A stretch of 64,000 bases of DNA from Camelus ferus (taxonomy: Eukaryota), in contig NC_045696.1 of the NCBI RefSeq assembly GCF_009834535.1, forward strand, positions 31,746,001 to 31,810,000, given 5' to 3'. How positions within the stretch are numbered: position 1 is the first letter of the stretch; the number at the start of each line of letters is the position of its first letter. Of this stretch, positions 11,420 to 23,853 are shown in pieces. A model generated the notes under the pieces. The model was not told the DNA's origin. It saw only the letters and a list, made by a program, of their open reading frames with translations, and ran no database searches. The position numbers and the translations under genes were made by a program.

Positions 11420-13879
11420 GAAGACATAAAGGCAGCACCCTAACACAAAAGGGCAGAGTACCTGACAGGAGAACTTACTCTACTTTCCAGCCATAGAGGC
11501 CCACACTAAGGGAGATAAACAAAAGGTCTTTGACATATTCTATCCTTATTAATATTTTCCAAGCACTAAATCTGTGGGAGGAGAAAAACCAAATCAAAAT
11601 CAATTAATTTAAGCTTTTATTAAAATCTCTGGAATGTGTAAACAGTGCAAGATGATATTGTGAAGGAATAATTAGCACAAAGATTTTTATGGGTTGGTTG
11701 GAGAAGGTCCGTCAAGATTTAGTTTGGTTCTGAAAGTTATTCATGCTTCCAAATCTCAGAATGTATGTGGAAACTGAGGTTTTGCTAATTGTAGAACAGG
11801 ACACACAAGCAGCAGGACTTAGTATACCAGCCATTGGTTTAGTAAACTTGGGTTTAACATGGAAGTAGGGAGAAGAATTTGAAAACTAAGATCTTCTATG
11901 CATTATTGAAAATGTTCTATTGCTCAGCATCTATCACACTATTAGCATTTTATGGATGAAGAATATAAGACTAGAAGGGTAAAGCAGTTCTCTCATAGAA
12001 AGATATGAAGCTAGTGGCTAAACTGTTCTCAACAGACCTCCACAATAATTTAATTTGGGTATATTTAGATATTTTATTTTTTCTCTTCCCAGACCCCATT
12101 ACCAACAAAAGTTAGGTACACCAAAGTTCATGCCTTCTGGGGGCTGATTAAGAAGTGACTATCTCTGATAATTTTGACATTCTGAGATCACTAAAAGATT
12201 TATTTCTTAATGATTTAACAAGTGAAAACAAATAAGTGAATGTCTCCATTTTTAACACAGTAAACCTCTGAACAATGAACAATATTTACTGTATTAATCT
12301 TAAAGTGATGTGACACTGTCTTTTGTATGATTGAAAAATTTTGAACCCCTCTTATTAGGTTATGAAGAAATTTGTCATACTTCCATCAGAAAAGAGTTTA
12401 AAAAATCATTCTCACTTTAAAATAAAGAAATCATAAAGCATAAAGTGTCATTTTTCCTTGGTGGTTGTACTTTCAAATAGGACAATATTCTGTATTACGA
12501 GACTGTAGTGTGGAAGGACAGATAAGGGTGAACAGGAGAAAAACTGAATTGTTTGGGAAGGGTTAGAACTTTCTGTCGTCTCAAAAATCAAGCCCTGTAA
12601 CTTTCAGTTTAACCTGTCTATTCATTAAATCTATTCCTGAGAATCAAATGGGAAGATAAAGCAGACATTGAATCCACAGTTAAATATTACAGGATTTCCC
12701 TAGTCCCATTTTACTATTTTCCATTATTATTTCCCCATTAGAGTTTGCTCCCAATTCATGTCTTTTCTGAGGTTCACATGGCTTCTCTCTGTTCTATGAC
12801 ATCTCAACAGAGGAAGACAAACATGGCTTTTCAAAGACTAATTGTCGTTTCTGGTAATAGGAGGACTTTTCTTTGTAAAATAACATATGTGTGGGTTTTT
12901 GGTTTGGTTTGATTTTAACATATATATCTGCTTCTATTTGTGTTTGCTGTTTTCAGTTTGTTTGTTTTGTTTTTGCCAGAGAACCAGCATCCACCTGGGA
13001 GGAAAAAGCCTTAAAATAATGAGAAATGCATCTAGTGAACTGCAGTAACTTCTGTGAATGAACTAGACATTTACTAATAGCCTGTTCACTGCATTTGCTT
13101 CAAGACCTCTCTTCTCTATGGTTGGTGGCTTTTTCCCATCTAAAAGTCACCTTAAAATACTACAGCCCACATCCTAAAACCCTATAAATAGCCTTCTTTT
13201 ATGTCTTTGATTTTGAGGCAACACTAAGGCTCCCTTAAGTGTCAAGGTAGTGCACTTCCTGATTGCAGGAATTCTAATAAACTTAACTTTGCTTGATCTG
13301 CTTGTCTGTGGTAAGCCTATAGTCAACAATAAGCAGATTAAAACTGAACTTAAAACCTTTTGCTTATCATATTCCAAACCATCATTTCTACTCATCGCTA
13401 AATATTTGGAAAAAAAAATCTGTATGTATGACACATTCTGTTTTCTGTTTCCTTTGTATCAGGATGGATTTAGTGATCATTTCTTCTGTCCTTCTACTTT
13501 CACATTATTAACAATGATCATAATCATTTCCAGTGTGCTTTAATAAAATAGAATCACTCCTAATCTTGGAGCGCAGTAGTTCTTAACTTGTCTCAATGGC
13601 ACCAATTTCATCTCCCTGCCCATTTTCACAATAATACAGATATTCATAAAAGCTCATATTATATTGTTACTAAATGACTCATTACTACTAAAAGAAATCA
13701 AATTTATTTGTCACCTGAGACAACAGTATTTGAATAAGTATTGATCAATTCATCTTTATCTCATACAACCATGTTCTTCAACCAGTATGTATTCAGTTTT
13801 GTTTAGAGAATTCTACAGAGACTTTACATTTCTTGGTCTATAGGATGGAATCTGCATTTCATTTAAAACTTAATTTAAA

Positions 13880-14425
13880 ATTATTATCTAAAAGAGGCAC
13901 AACTTAAATATGAAGAGAAAGAATGGTTGAAAATAAAATTTTGGAGAAAGATAGATCTTATAAATATTAATCAAAAGAAAGCTAGTACTCCTGTACTAAT
14001 ATCAGACAAGATAAGCTTTAAGATAAGAAGCATTACTAGAGATATAAAGGGACATTTTATATTAATGAGTTAATCTACAGGACAATACAGTAATTATAAA
14101 CATGTATGCAAAATATATAAAACACAAATTTGATATAGCTCAAAAGATAAGTAGGAAATAGACAAATTCATAATCATAATGAGATTGTAACAAGCATCTT
14201 TCAGTAACTGACAGGATAATCAATCATGAGAAGTCAGTATGAATATAGATCATTAAACACATTTAACCTAAATAACACATTTGTCCTAAATAACAGCTAG
14301 AGATCACTATATCTAATATGTATATAATACACATACAACTCAAATACATATAAACTTTTTTTAAAAATTGACTGTATGCTGGTCATAAAGCATCAAGAAA
14401 TTTCAAATGATTGAAAAAACTCATA
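13880..14425 (+). mobile_element. Old LINE-1 ORF2 endonuclease-region fragment (L1M-type)
   Basis: 'aatcaaaagaaagctag...ctaatatcagacaagata...attactagagatataaagggacattttat' is typical of the L1 endonuclease region. Confidence 0.75.
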
Positions 14426-14627
14426 AACAAATTATCATATAAATTCACCTATTTTTATGAGAAAAACTAAAACTTTTGTATCTTCCTAATGAATTTATAT
14501 TTTATATTATAAAATGACCTCATTTTTCCTATGCTAATCTTTTTCTATTAAAATCTATTTTTGTATACTAATATAGTCAGAGAAGACTTCTTCATTATCT
14601 CACAGATACAAAAAAAAAGTTAATAAC

Positions 14628-15074
14628 TGTTATGAATTGAATTGTACCCCTGCAAATGAAATGTTGAAATCCTAATCTCCAGAACATGTGAATGTAAACT
14701 TATGTAGAAATAGCATCTTTGTGGATGTGATCACATTAAGACAAGGTAATACTGGAGTAGGTTGGGCCCTACTCCAGGATGACTGGTGTCCTTATAAGAA
14801 GAGAAGACAGAGACACAGGGAGAATACCATGTGATAAATGAAGTAAAGATGATGATGCCGAAGAGTGATGCAGCGATCAACCAAGAATCACCACCGCTAA
14901 AAGCTAGGAAGAGGCAAAGAAAGATCCTTCCCAATAGTTTTCAGAGGGAGTATGGCCCTGCCAATATCTTGATTTCAGGCTTCTAGCCTCCAAAACTAGA
15001 GAGAATAAAGTTTTGTTGTTTCAGGTCACTCAGTTTGTGGTACTATTTTATGGCAGATGTAGAAAATAAACACA
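14628..15074 (+). mobile_element. MLT1C-like MaLR solo LTR
   Basis: TG...CA ends, 'gactggtgtccttataagaagag', 'gagggagtatggccctgccaa...cttctagcctccaaaact'. Flanks ataac/atatc match at 4 of 5 bases (TSD). Confidence 0.9.
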
Positions 15075-15977
15075 ATATCATTTAACAACTATCTGAGATT
15101 TTAAAATGAAATAAAAGGTATTTTCATAAAACCTTTAAATCTATAGACAAAAACTTATAAATATTATGCTTATTTAATTTAACACCATACTGCTTAATAT
15201 ATTTCCAGAGGTCTTAATCAATACTTAGAGAAAAGAAAAAGAAATAGGTTTAAGAACAGAATAGAAATAATAAATATTACATTATTTGAAAAATATATAA
15301 GCTTATAAAGAACAACAAAACTATGAATAAAATATTAGCCTGAAAGGAATGTTTAGCAAAATTACAATGCACAGTAACTACAAAATAAAATATCCACAAT
15401 ATCAGTAAAACAGGAAGTGACTTAACAATAAATTAATGAGACATACATAAATGATAAATATCATCTGATAAAAGATAGAAAAAAAGGTTGAAAAAATTTT
15501 TGGATATATTCTGCTAATGTATAGTATTTTTAGCATAAATATATTAATTATTCCAAAATTATGCTAGAAAATGTTATTAATAATTTTAATACAGATGTAT
15601 TCATATATTAAATCCTGTAACAAATGATTCTTCTGTCCAAGAATTGTATACACTATTTATATTCCTTTTAGAGAATCAGGTTAAATTTTTCTTTTATCTT
15701 TTGTTTCATTCCATTCACTACATAGTACCTAACTGTAGAAACAGCAGAAAATTAAGTTAATTAAAACAAAAAGATCTAGTATCTCATTTTTCAAAGATAA
15801 CTGCTATTAATACTGTGGTACAGTTACCATTTATAGAAATAGATAAAATTGATGTAGATGTTTTCTATATATACATATATAAGTACACACACACTCCATG
15901 CACACACAATAAATGAGGTGCTTTTATATAACCTATTTTCTCTAAACACATTATTTAAAATTAAACCAGTTAATATA

Positions 15978-16862
15978 TAGGCATACCTTGGAGATATTGT
16001 GGGTTTGGTTCCAGACCACTATGATTCTGTGAGTATCACAAAAAAGCAAGTCACACAAATCTTTCAGTTTCTCTGTGCATAAAAAAGTCATATTTACACT
16101 ATACTGTGGCATATTGTTTGAAATAGCATTATGTCTGAAAAAGATGTATATACCTTAATTTAAAAATGCTTTATTGTTAAAAACTGCTAACCATTATCTG
16201 AGCCTTCAGCGAGTCGTAATCTCTTTGCTGGTGGAGGGCTGAGCCTCAATAACTGGGGGCTGCTCACTGATCAGGGTGGAGCTTCCTGAAGGTTGGGGTG
16301 GCTGTGGCAATTTCTTAAAATAAAACAACAAAATTAAGTTTGCCCCATTGATTGACTCTTCCTTTCATGAATGATTTCTCTGTAGCATGCACACTGTTTG
16401 ACAGCATTTTATCCACAGTGGAACTTCTTTCAAAATTGGAGTCAATCCTCTCAAATCTTGCTGCTTTGTCAAGTAAGTGTATGTTATAGCCTGAATTCTT
16501 TGTTGTAATTTTAACAATCTTCATAGCATCTTCACCAGGAGTATATAACATCTCAAGAAACCATTTTCTCTGTTCATCCATGAGAAGCAAGCCCTCATCT
16601 GTTCAAATTTTATCATAAGATTGCAGATTCAGGCACAACTTCAGGATTCATTTCTAATTCTAGTTTTCTTGCCATTTCTACTACATACGCAGTTACTACT
16701 TTCACTGAAGTCTTGAACCTCAAAGTCATCCATAAAAGTTAGATTCAACTTCTTCCAAACTCTTGCTGTATTGATATGTTGACCTCTTCCCATGAATGGC
16801 AAATATCCTTAATGGCATCTAGAATGATGACTTCTTTCCAGAAGATTTTCAATTTACTTTCT
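15978..16862 (-). mobile_element. Tigger1 DNA transposon, 3' part with decayed transposase
   Basis: TIR 'aggcataccttggagatattgtgggtttggttccagaccac' follows TA. ORF 16315..16590 (LLMDEQRKWFLEM...FERIDSNFERSSTV) matches the Tigger1/TIGD1 transposase C-terminus. Confidence 0.93.
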
Positions 16863-17786
16863 CCCTTTTAATGCTTTATCTCCAATGTTCTATTTATCTC
16901 ATGTTAAAATAGTTAATCTGCTTCTATTTATATTTTCTTATTTTTAGCAGCCCCTATAGTCTTAAGGGGTTTAAGGATACAGCCTTTCGGAACAAAGTAG
17001 TCAATTTTTTCCTTAATTCCAATATTTTCTTTCATTGATTTTAAACCATATTTATCTTTTATCCACTCTATTCTTACTCTTACTGATACTAGATTTAGCC
17101 TTATTTCTGATAACATATTTTTTACTTCTCATTTTATCTCTTCTTATTGTTACCATTTTTCTTTATTCATTTTTGTTTTGATCAGGTTTTTTCCTTCTGT
17201 TTATTTTCCTTTTGTTCATTGTAAATTGTACAACAATTTTTCCATCATTAGTTATCTCAATATCACTATTACTATTTGTAAGTTTAAAAATGATTCAAGA
17301 CATCCTTTTAGATAATAGAATGTTATTTATTATTTATTGAACATTTGTTCTGCCTCACAACCCAGGCAGTTTACAGAAGAAATATAATATTCTTTCATTC
17401 TCCTTTAACTAGTAGTTTTATTTATTTGTGCTTTTGTTTTTGTCTATTTTAATAATTTTGAATTGTAGATGCAAACTTTTTGATGTTTTTCTTGTTTCAT
17501 GTCGTCTTTTACAAATTTCGAGGGCTTGAATTAATTTCTATTATTCTGCTATTCATCAGCTTTACTGATTTCACTGGTGACTGTTATTTTTGCCATAAAA
17601 TATCTTCCTCAAGCCATTAAAAAGTAGTTTTAAATTTTTCTATTTATTTCTCACTTTACTAAAGTAATTCTCTAAATAAATATCTCAGGAAGGCATATAG
17701 TAAAGTATTTTGTGTCCTCGCATTCCTAAGATTGCTCTTATTTGCCATCACATACGTGCGATAAACTGGCTAAGCATATAGTCAAC

Positions 17787-18445
17787 TGTGAGGTTTGATT
17801 TATGTGTCAATTTGACTGGATCATGCTATGTCCAGATAGTTGGTCAAATATTATTCTGGGTGAGTCTGTGAGAAAATATGTGGATAAGATTAACATTTGA
17901 CTTGGTAGACTGCTGTAAAGAAGATTGCCTTCCCTAACGTGGGTAAGCCTCAGTCATTCTGTTGAAGGCCTAAATAGAACAAAAAGGCTGACCCTCTTCC
18001 CATAAGTAAGACAGAATTCCTCCTGCCTAACTACTCTTAGCTAGGATGTTGGTCTTCTTTGGCCTTTGGACCCAAACTGAAATCTCATTTCTTCTTGAGT
18101 CTTGAGCCTGAAGGTTTTCATTGGCACTGGAACCAACACTATCTCTTCTGGCTCTCAGGCCTTTGGACTCGGTATGAAAGTATACGTAAGCTCTCCTGGG
18201 TGTGCAGATCTTCAGATTTCTCAGCCTCCACAATCATTTGAGTTGGTTCCTTATAATAAATCTCTTTATATATAAATTTAAAATATGTATATATCATATG
18301 TATGTATATATGCAAATACAGTAAATATTATACATGTTATATATAACATAACATTATTATTATAATATACTATCACAATATATTTATATAGCATATATAA
18401 TATACATATAAATGTTTCTGTTTTCCTAGAGAATCTTGAAAAACA
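17787..18445 (+). mobile_element. MLT2B-like ERVL solo LTR with TA-rich expansion
   Basis: 'tttatgtgtcaatttgactgg...ggtcaaatattattctgggtg...ttgaaggcctaaatagaacaaaaaggctgaccctc'. TA-rich tract at about 18265-18410, ending 'tttctgttttcctagagaa'. Confidence 0.88.
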
Positions 18446-19201
18446 GAATTAACTGTCATCATTTTTCCTTAAAACTATAAAAATTTGTCTCAATTTACTT
18501 CTGTGATATAGTAATCTAGACGGGTCTGATTCCAATCTAATTTACTTTATCCTATAGAGGTAAAAAAGGTGTTATGAATTCTTGAAGACTTTTTAAATCC
18601 TTGTTTAATGATATTAAAAAAGGACAAATTTTCATAGCAAAAGGATTAGCCCACCTTTATCATCATCATCTATGGAGAGAAGAATTGAAGGTCAATTAAT
18701 ACTTTTAATTAATGAGCTCACTTTGAAACTAGAACAACAGGGCTTTGGATCTACTTGTTATGATTCAGAGAACTTGAATATATATATAATATGTTTTGAA
18801 AAATAGAAAAGATATTAATGAGGTATTAAAGACTGATTTGAGAAAACTGCAAGGATAAAAATGAGGCCTGGTGAGGGATGGCAGAAAGAGTAAGTAACTC
18901 ATGGAGAAATATAAAAATATAAATAGAATTTAAATAAATTGTTATATATCATTAACACATTCTCATGTATCTATGAAAAATTTTCAAAATATATTCATCA
19001 CTGATATTCTGTAGAGTTAATTAGTTCTTTATGTATGTTATAAGTAGTGAGTTCAGCTTTAAGGTCTGCATCAAGAAAAACTAGAGAATATCTATGTTGG
19101 GCAGTCATACACTGGCTAGGACAGTTTGAAAAATTCTAAGAATTATTTCTTGTTCATTCAGTTTCAATGTAAATATCTCAGAATTGTTTATGTTATCTTG
19201 T

Positions 19202-19620
19202 TGTAGTCTGAATAATAGCCCCCATCAAATATCCACACCCTAATCCCTGGACCCCAGGAAATATTTTAAATGGCAAAAATGGATCTTGCAGGTGTGATCA
19301 AGTATCTTGAAATGGAGAGATCATCCTGGTTTATCTGGGTGGGCCATAAATGTAATCACAAGGCTCGGTAAGAGGGATGGAGAGGAAGGCTAAACAACAG
19401 AAGATAAGGCAATGTGGAAACAGAAGCAGAGATTGAAGTGATGCAGACACAAACCAAGGAATGCCAGAATCTACCAGAAGCTGAAAGAGGAAAGAATAAA
19501 TTCTCCCCTGGACCCCCAGGAGTGAACCAGCCCCTTTCTCACTTTGATTTTATTCATGAAAGACTCATTTTGAACTTCTTGTCACTTGAATAATAAAATA
19601 ATTGCTAGCAATAGCAAAAT
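19202..19620 (+). mobile_element. MLT1D-like MaLR LTR
   Basis: 'aataatagccccc...ctaatccctgg...gcaggtgtgatcaag...atcctggtttatctgggtgggcc.taaatgtaatcacaagg...ccaaggaatgccag'. Confidence 0.85.
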
Positions 19621-22600
19621 TGGTGGAGGCGACATTTCAGGCAGAAAAGTAAAAGCAAACATAAAGAGCACAAGTTGGAAATGAATTCAGCATGTTGCAG
19701 GAACAATAAAAAGACAGACATGGCTGGAGTCAATAAATGCGTAAAAGAGTTTTGCAGGACAAAGAATGAGTGCTAGACAGGGACCAGCTTGAGTAGACCT
19801 TTGTCAATCAAAATTACAAATCTGGATGCTTTTCCTTAACAACATAGAAATTGTGAAATAATGATATAACAAAACAAAATAAGGCAGGACAGGACTAGAC
19901 AGGAGAGAACAGGGCAAGACAAGACAAAAGAAGACAAAGAGAAAAGAAGAGAAAAAGAAACAACAGTACAGTAGACATTTTAATAGTGTAAACTATTGAG
20001 TTTGGAGGCACTGAGTGAAAAGGAATGGAAAATGCAAAGGCAGTTTCAGTGGTCCAAGAAAACTTCTTGAAGTTTTATTTCTGTCTCCATCTTTGTTAGA
20101 ATATGTCTCCTGCTGTACTGCCTGCATTGAAAATAAAACTTCAGCGTTTCTTATCTTTAAAAAAGACAAGATTAACATCTGACTTGACCATTTCATTGTC
20201 TTACAGTAAAAAAAAAAAAAAAAAATACAGAAAAACTTTACATAAGATGTATTTAAAATTGTATATAAAAATGTAATTCCACATGTGAAGTGACATAAAC
20301 AGGCATACAGCACTGCTGAATAGCATGAAATTTATGGAAAGACTAAACTGACTCCTGACCTCAGGATTGCCTCTTACCTCCTGTGTATTTTGAGGAATTT
20401 AATACATTCTGAATTTTCAGAGTTTTTACCTACAGAATGGTAGTAATAATTATTTTTTTAGTTATTAAAAAGTATAATGTGACAGTGTACATAAAGCAAA
20501 CAGCAATTTATGATTAGCTTAATTTCATCTATGAGCACTGAGTTTTATCTCAATTAGTAAACAATCTTTTTGCTGGCCAATTAGCTTCATGATTTTGTTT
20601 TTCTTGCTTCTGCAAAGAAACCATATAAGCATTTTGTCTTTTACCGTCTATAATCTTTATGTTTATCTTTGATGTAAATGTGAAGACAATGATAAAAATG
20701 ATAAACTAGTCAAAACTACTTTAAAATGTAACTTGTTTTCTCTTCATTTCTATAAATGTTTTCCACATTTGGTTTTTCTCCCTCCTTCTTCAGTTTTTCA
20801 CACTCTCTCCCATTTGGCTACTTAAAAATGTTTTTTCATTCTTTAAGAGGTCATTCTTATAGTTAATATTTGGACAAAAATGACCATAGTTTACACAAAT
20901 TCCTTTAGCTCTGTTTCTCTTGCCATTTTTCTTAAAAACAATGTTCTTTCTCCCGTAATATATACTCCTTGACTTGTATAGAACCCATCCTCTCTAAGTG
21001 TTTTTGTCACTTCTATTTGGTAAAATGGACAATTTGCTAGAAAAAATGGTGAATTCATTCTTGGAACATGAGTCTGTTATGTTAGAATTAAAGAAATCTA
21101 TGCTCTTACCCTGGAAAATATGGCCTTAATCTGATGTTTTTAAAAAAATGAACTTGAGCTCATTGTTTGTTGTTTATCTGTTTTGTGAGTTACAGTACAA
21201 TTGCTTTCAAAATTTTCGTTTCTATTTCATTTCTCATATCTTCCTCTTAACCCTCATCTTCTTACTTCCCTGTGAGGGAGACAAATACTAGTACCTAATA
21301 GATGGGTAATATAATCAAATTCATGCCTTTATTTTGATAAGCAATAGAAATAAATCTGAAACATAATTCCAATCCAAATAGATTTTGGCCATTTGTAGTT
21401 ACATATCTAAATATGTCAGGAAACATATTTTCAATGAGTTATTATTTAAATATGTATGCTTTCATTATGAAAAGCAATAGAAACCAAGATCAAATTAAAT
21501 GACAAACAATATACATTATGGAACAAATCATGATCTGAGACTATTTTATTATTATATTTTATGGTCATGGCCAATACATAATTTTATCATGACCGATTTT
21601 TCAGTGTTTTAAATGCAGACCCTAATGGTGTACTTTTAGTAAAGCTCTAAAGAGGTTCCTTACTTTATTTAGTTGTTACTTTTTTTCAAATCATGTAAGT
21701 TGTGAAAAGAAAGAATATTTGTGTTCTAGTTTTTAAATGGAATTAAAGGAGCCTTCTTTTATAGTAACAGATAGCATTTATCTGAGAAGTATGGTTCATG
21801 AAGTTAAAGTACAGGAAGCAATGAAAGAGAATTAGATTAGAGATGAACAGAGAAGTTTTCTCCATTCCCTCAATGTTCCTGGAAGCAGCATGATAAATGC
21901 ACAAGGTATTTGCCCAAAATATACAATCCTTCTGGGCATGAAATATCATCCCTTTTATGTCCTAAACATAAAAAAAAAAACAACTTTAACATTAAAAACA
22001 AAAGAAACTCTTTTTCTGTCTGAAAGCATTAAAGGCTCATGCTTCTATTTTAGAGAACTCATGACTTTGTTCCATGAGAGATCTGTAAAATAAATAAATA
22101 ATGTATACACTACAAAATAAGGAATCATTTGAGTAATATAAATGAAGAAAGATAATATATTCAGATGTTATTCTGCATTTAATGAGTCTCTCTTTCAATA
22201 AGTCAGCCATAACATTGCATTTAATTGTCAGAGGGAACTTTGCTGTCCTAATATCAGAAGTTTGTTCAAGTTAATGATTCTCCATGTAATTTAAAAAAAA
22301 AAAATCCAAATTGACTAAACTAAACAAAACATGCTAGGAACTTCAATGACTAAAAGCAAGACAAGGAGTGCTTTTTAGAGGGGGAGGAATGGAGAAAGAA
22401 AGATTCTCCCAAACTTGGAAGAGATCCTTTGAGAGTGGGGTCCTGCTAAGCATTCAGTGTTGGCTCTTTGGAGAATTGTAAAGACCTCAAAGCAGCTTTG
22501 CGAGTGGCTCTCCAGGAAACATGGGCCCTAGGCATTAAAGTGTCTGATACTGTCAATGTTCCCTGGCTCCAAGTTTGATATGAGAGACTAGGAACCACTG

Positions 22601-23383
22601 GATCTCAAGGCCAGAAAATTAGGCATTCTCAGGTTAGCTGGGGTAGCCAATCAGGGCTTTGACTGTGTGAGACTTTCAAATGACTCTGGAGGAAGGAAGA
22701 CTTAATAATGCCAAGACTGGATTTTTCAGTAGTCCTAAAGGATGTGTGAGAATCACACTGAAAGTTGAGTTAGTTGTAAGATATCCCTGAAAACTGACAA
22801 GAAACCAATTTACACAAGACATGTTTTTACCTTCTGGGAAGAATGAACCCATACACAAACAGAGAACCACAAATATACAGGGAGACTTAGAATAAATGCT
22901 TACCTTTCATAAGGTGTGAATAAAGATTCTAATGCCATATCTTATGCTATGGACCACTGTTTCAAGTCCATTGAAAGTAAAACACATGTTCTTCTTTCCA
23001 AGCACAGAAAAAATAATGCTGTTTTGTAGTCCCTAGTGCCATATGAAAGCTGCCTCTGAGTGGGAACTACAAAATACCATGAGGAACAACAAAATAATTC
23101 CAATGGGTTTAGGGTAAAGGTTAAATTTGTTGGCCACTCCAGAGATAAAAGTAAACATGGTTTTCAAAGTTCACTGAAGAGCAAAATTTCACTGAAGATA
23201 ACAGAAGTATACTTAGTAATGTTAATTATGTTTGAAATCCACAAACTCCCTAATTTATCTCTCTCCCTTCCTCCTCCATAATTCCTAGTTAAATCCCAAA
23301 GTGACATCCTATGCCTATGTAGGCCATTTTTAACTCTGATGAAAAAAATTATTTTCACAGATAATAAATCTCGAATAGAATAT

Positions 23384-23853
23384 TGTCAACCTTACAATTT
23401 AAACAAGTTATTTCACAAGCAAGATGGTTTTATTTGGGAATAGAAGAGGAATTGTAATTTGGGACATGCAAACTATAGCAACCACAGGAAAGTTCAGAAA
23501 ACAAAGGAGAAAAATGTTAGTTTATAGGGAACAAAAAAAAAGAGGAAGCTGGGAGACTCTGCTTTGAAAGAAAGCCCACTGGAGAAAAATGAGAGTTCAG
23601 ATTGGTGACATTTCTCATTGGCTGAGTAGTGGTAGTTTCTCATTGTCTGGGTCTGTTGCTGGGAAAAGAGAAAATCTTCCTTCTTCCTACTGGGTTATTA
23701 AATTAGAAATCTTCTTCCCGTTAGAGATGATGCAAGGTATGTCACTTCCTGTTTTGGGTTTGCAGATGGCAACAAATGGTACTGTGTCAAAGCTGCCCCT
23801 TCAGGGATTCCCAACTCTGTTTTAAATGAGGTTTAGCTTTATTAATTTTCACA
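23384..23853 (-). mobile_element. ERV1-type solo LTR (same family as 54895-55805)
   Basis: Termini 'tgtcaacctta' and 'aaatgaggttt...tttattaattttcaca' are shared with the second copy. Flanks atat/ttat. Confidence 0.75.

Noticed and set aside
11360..11445. Acidic peptide EWDDDD...EEDIKAAP
   Set aside because: It is a product of the (GAT)n microsatellite, with no start or splice context.
16315..16590. TIGD1-like ORF as a domesticated gene
   Set aside because: It is a partial, frameshifted Tigger1 copy lacking the 5' half.
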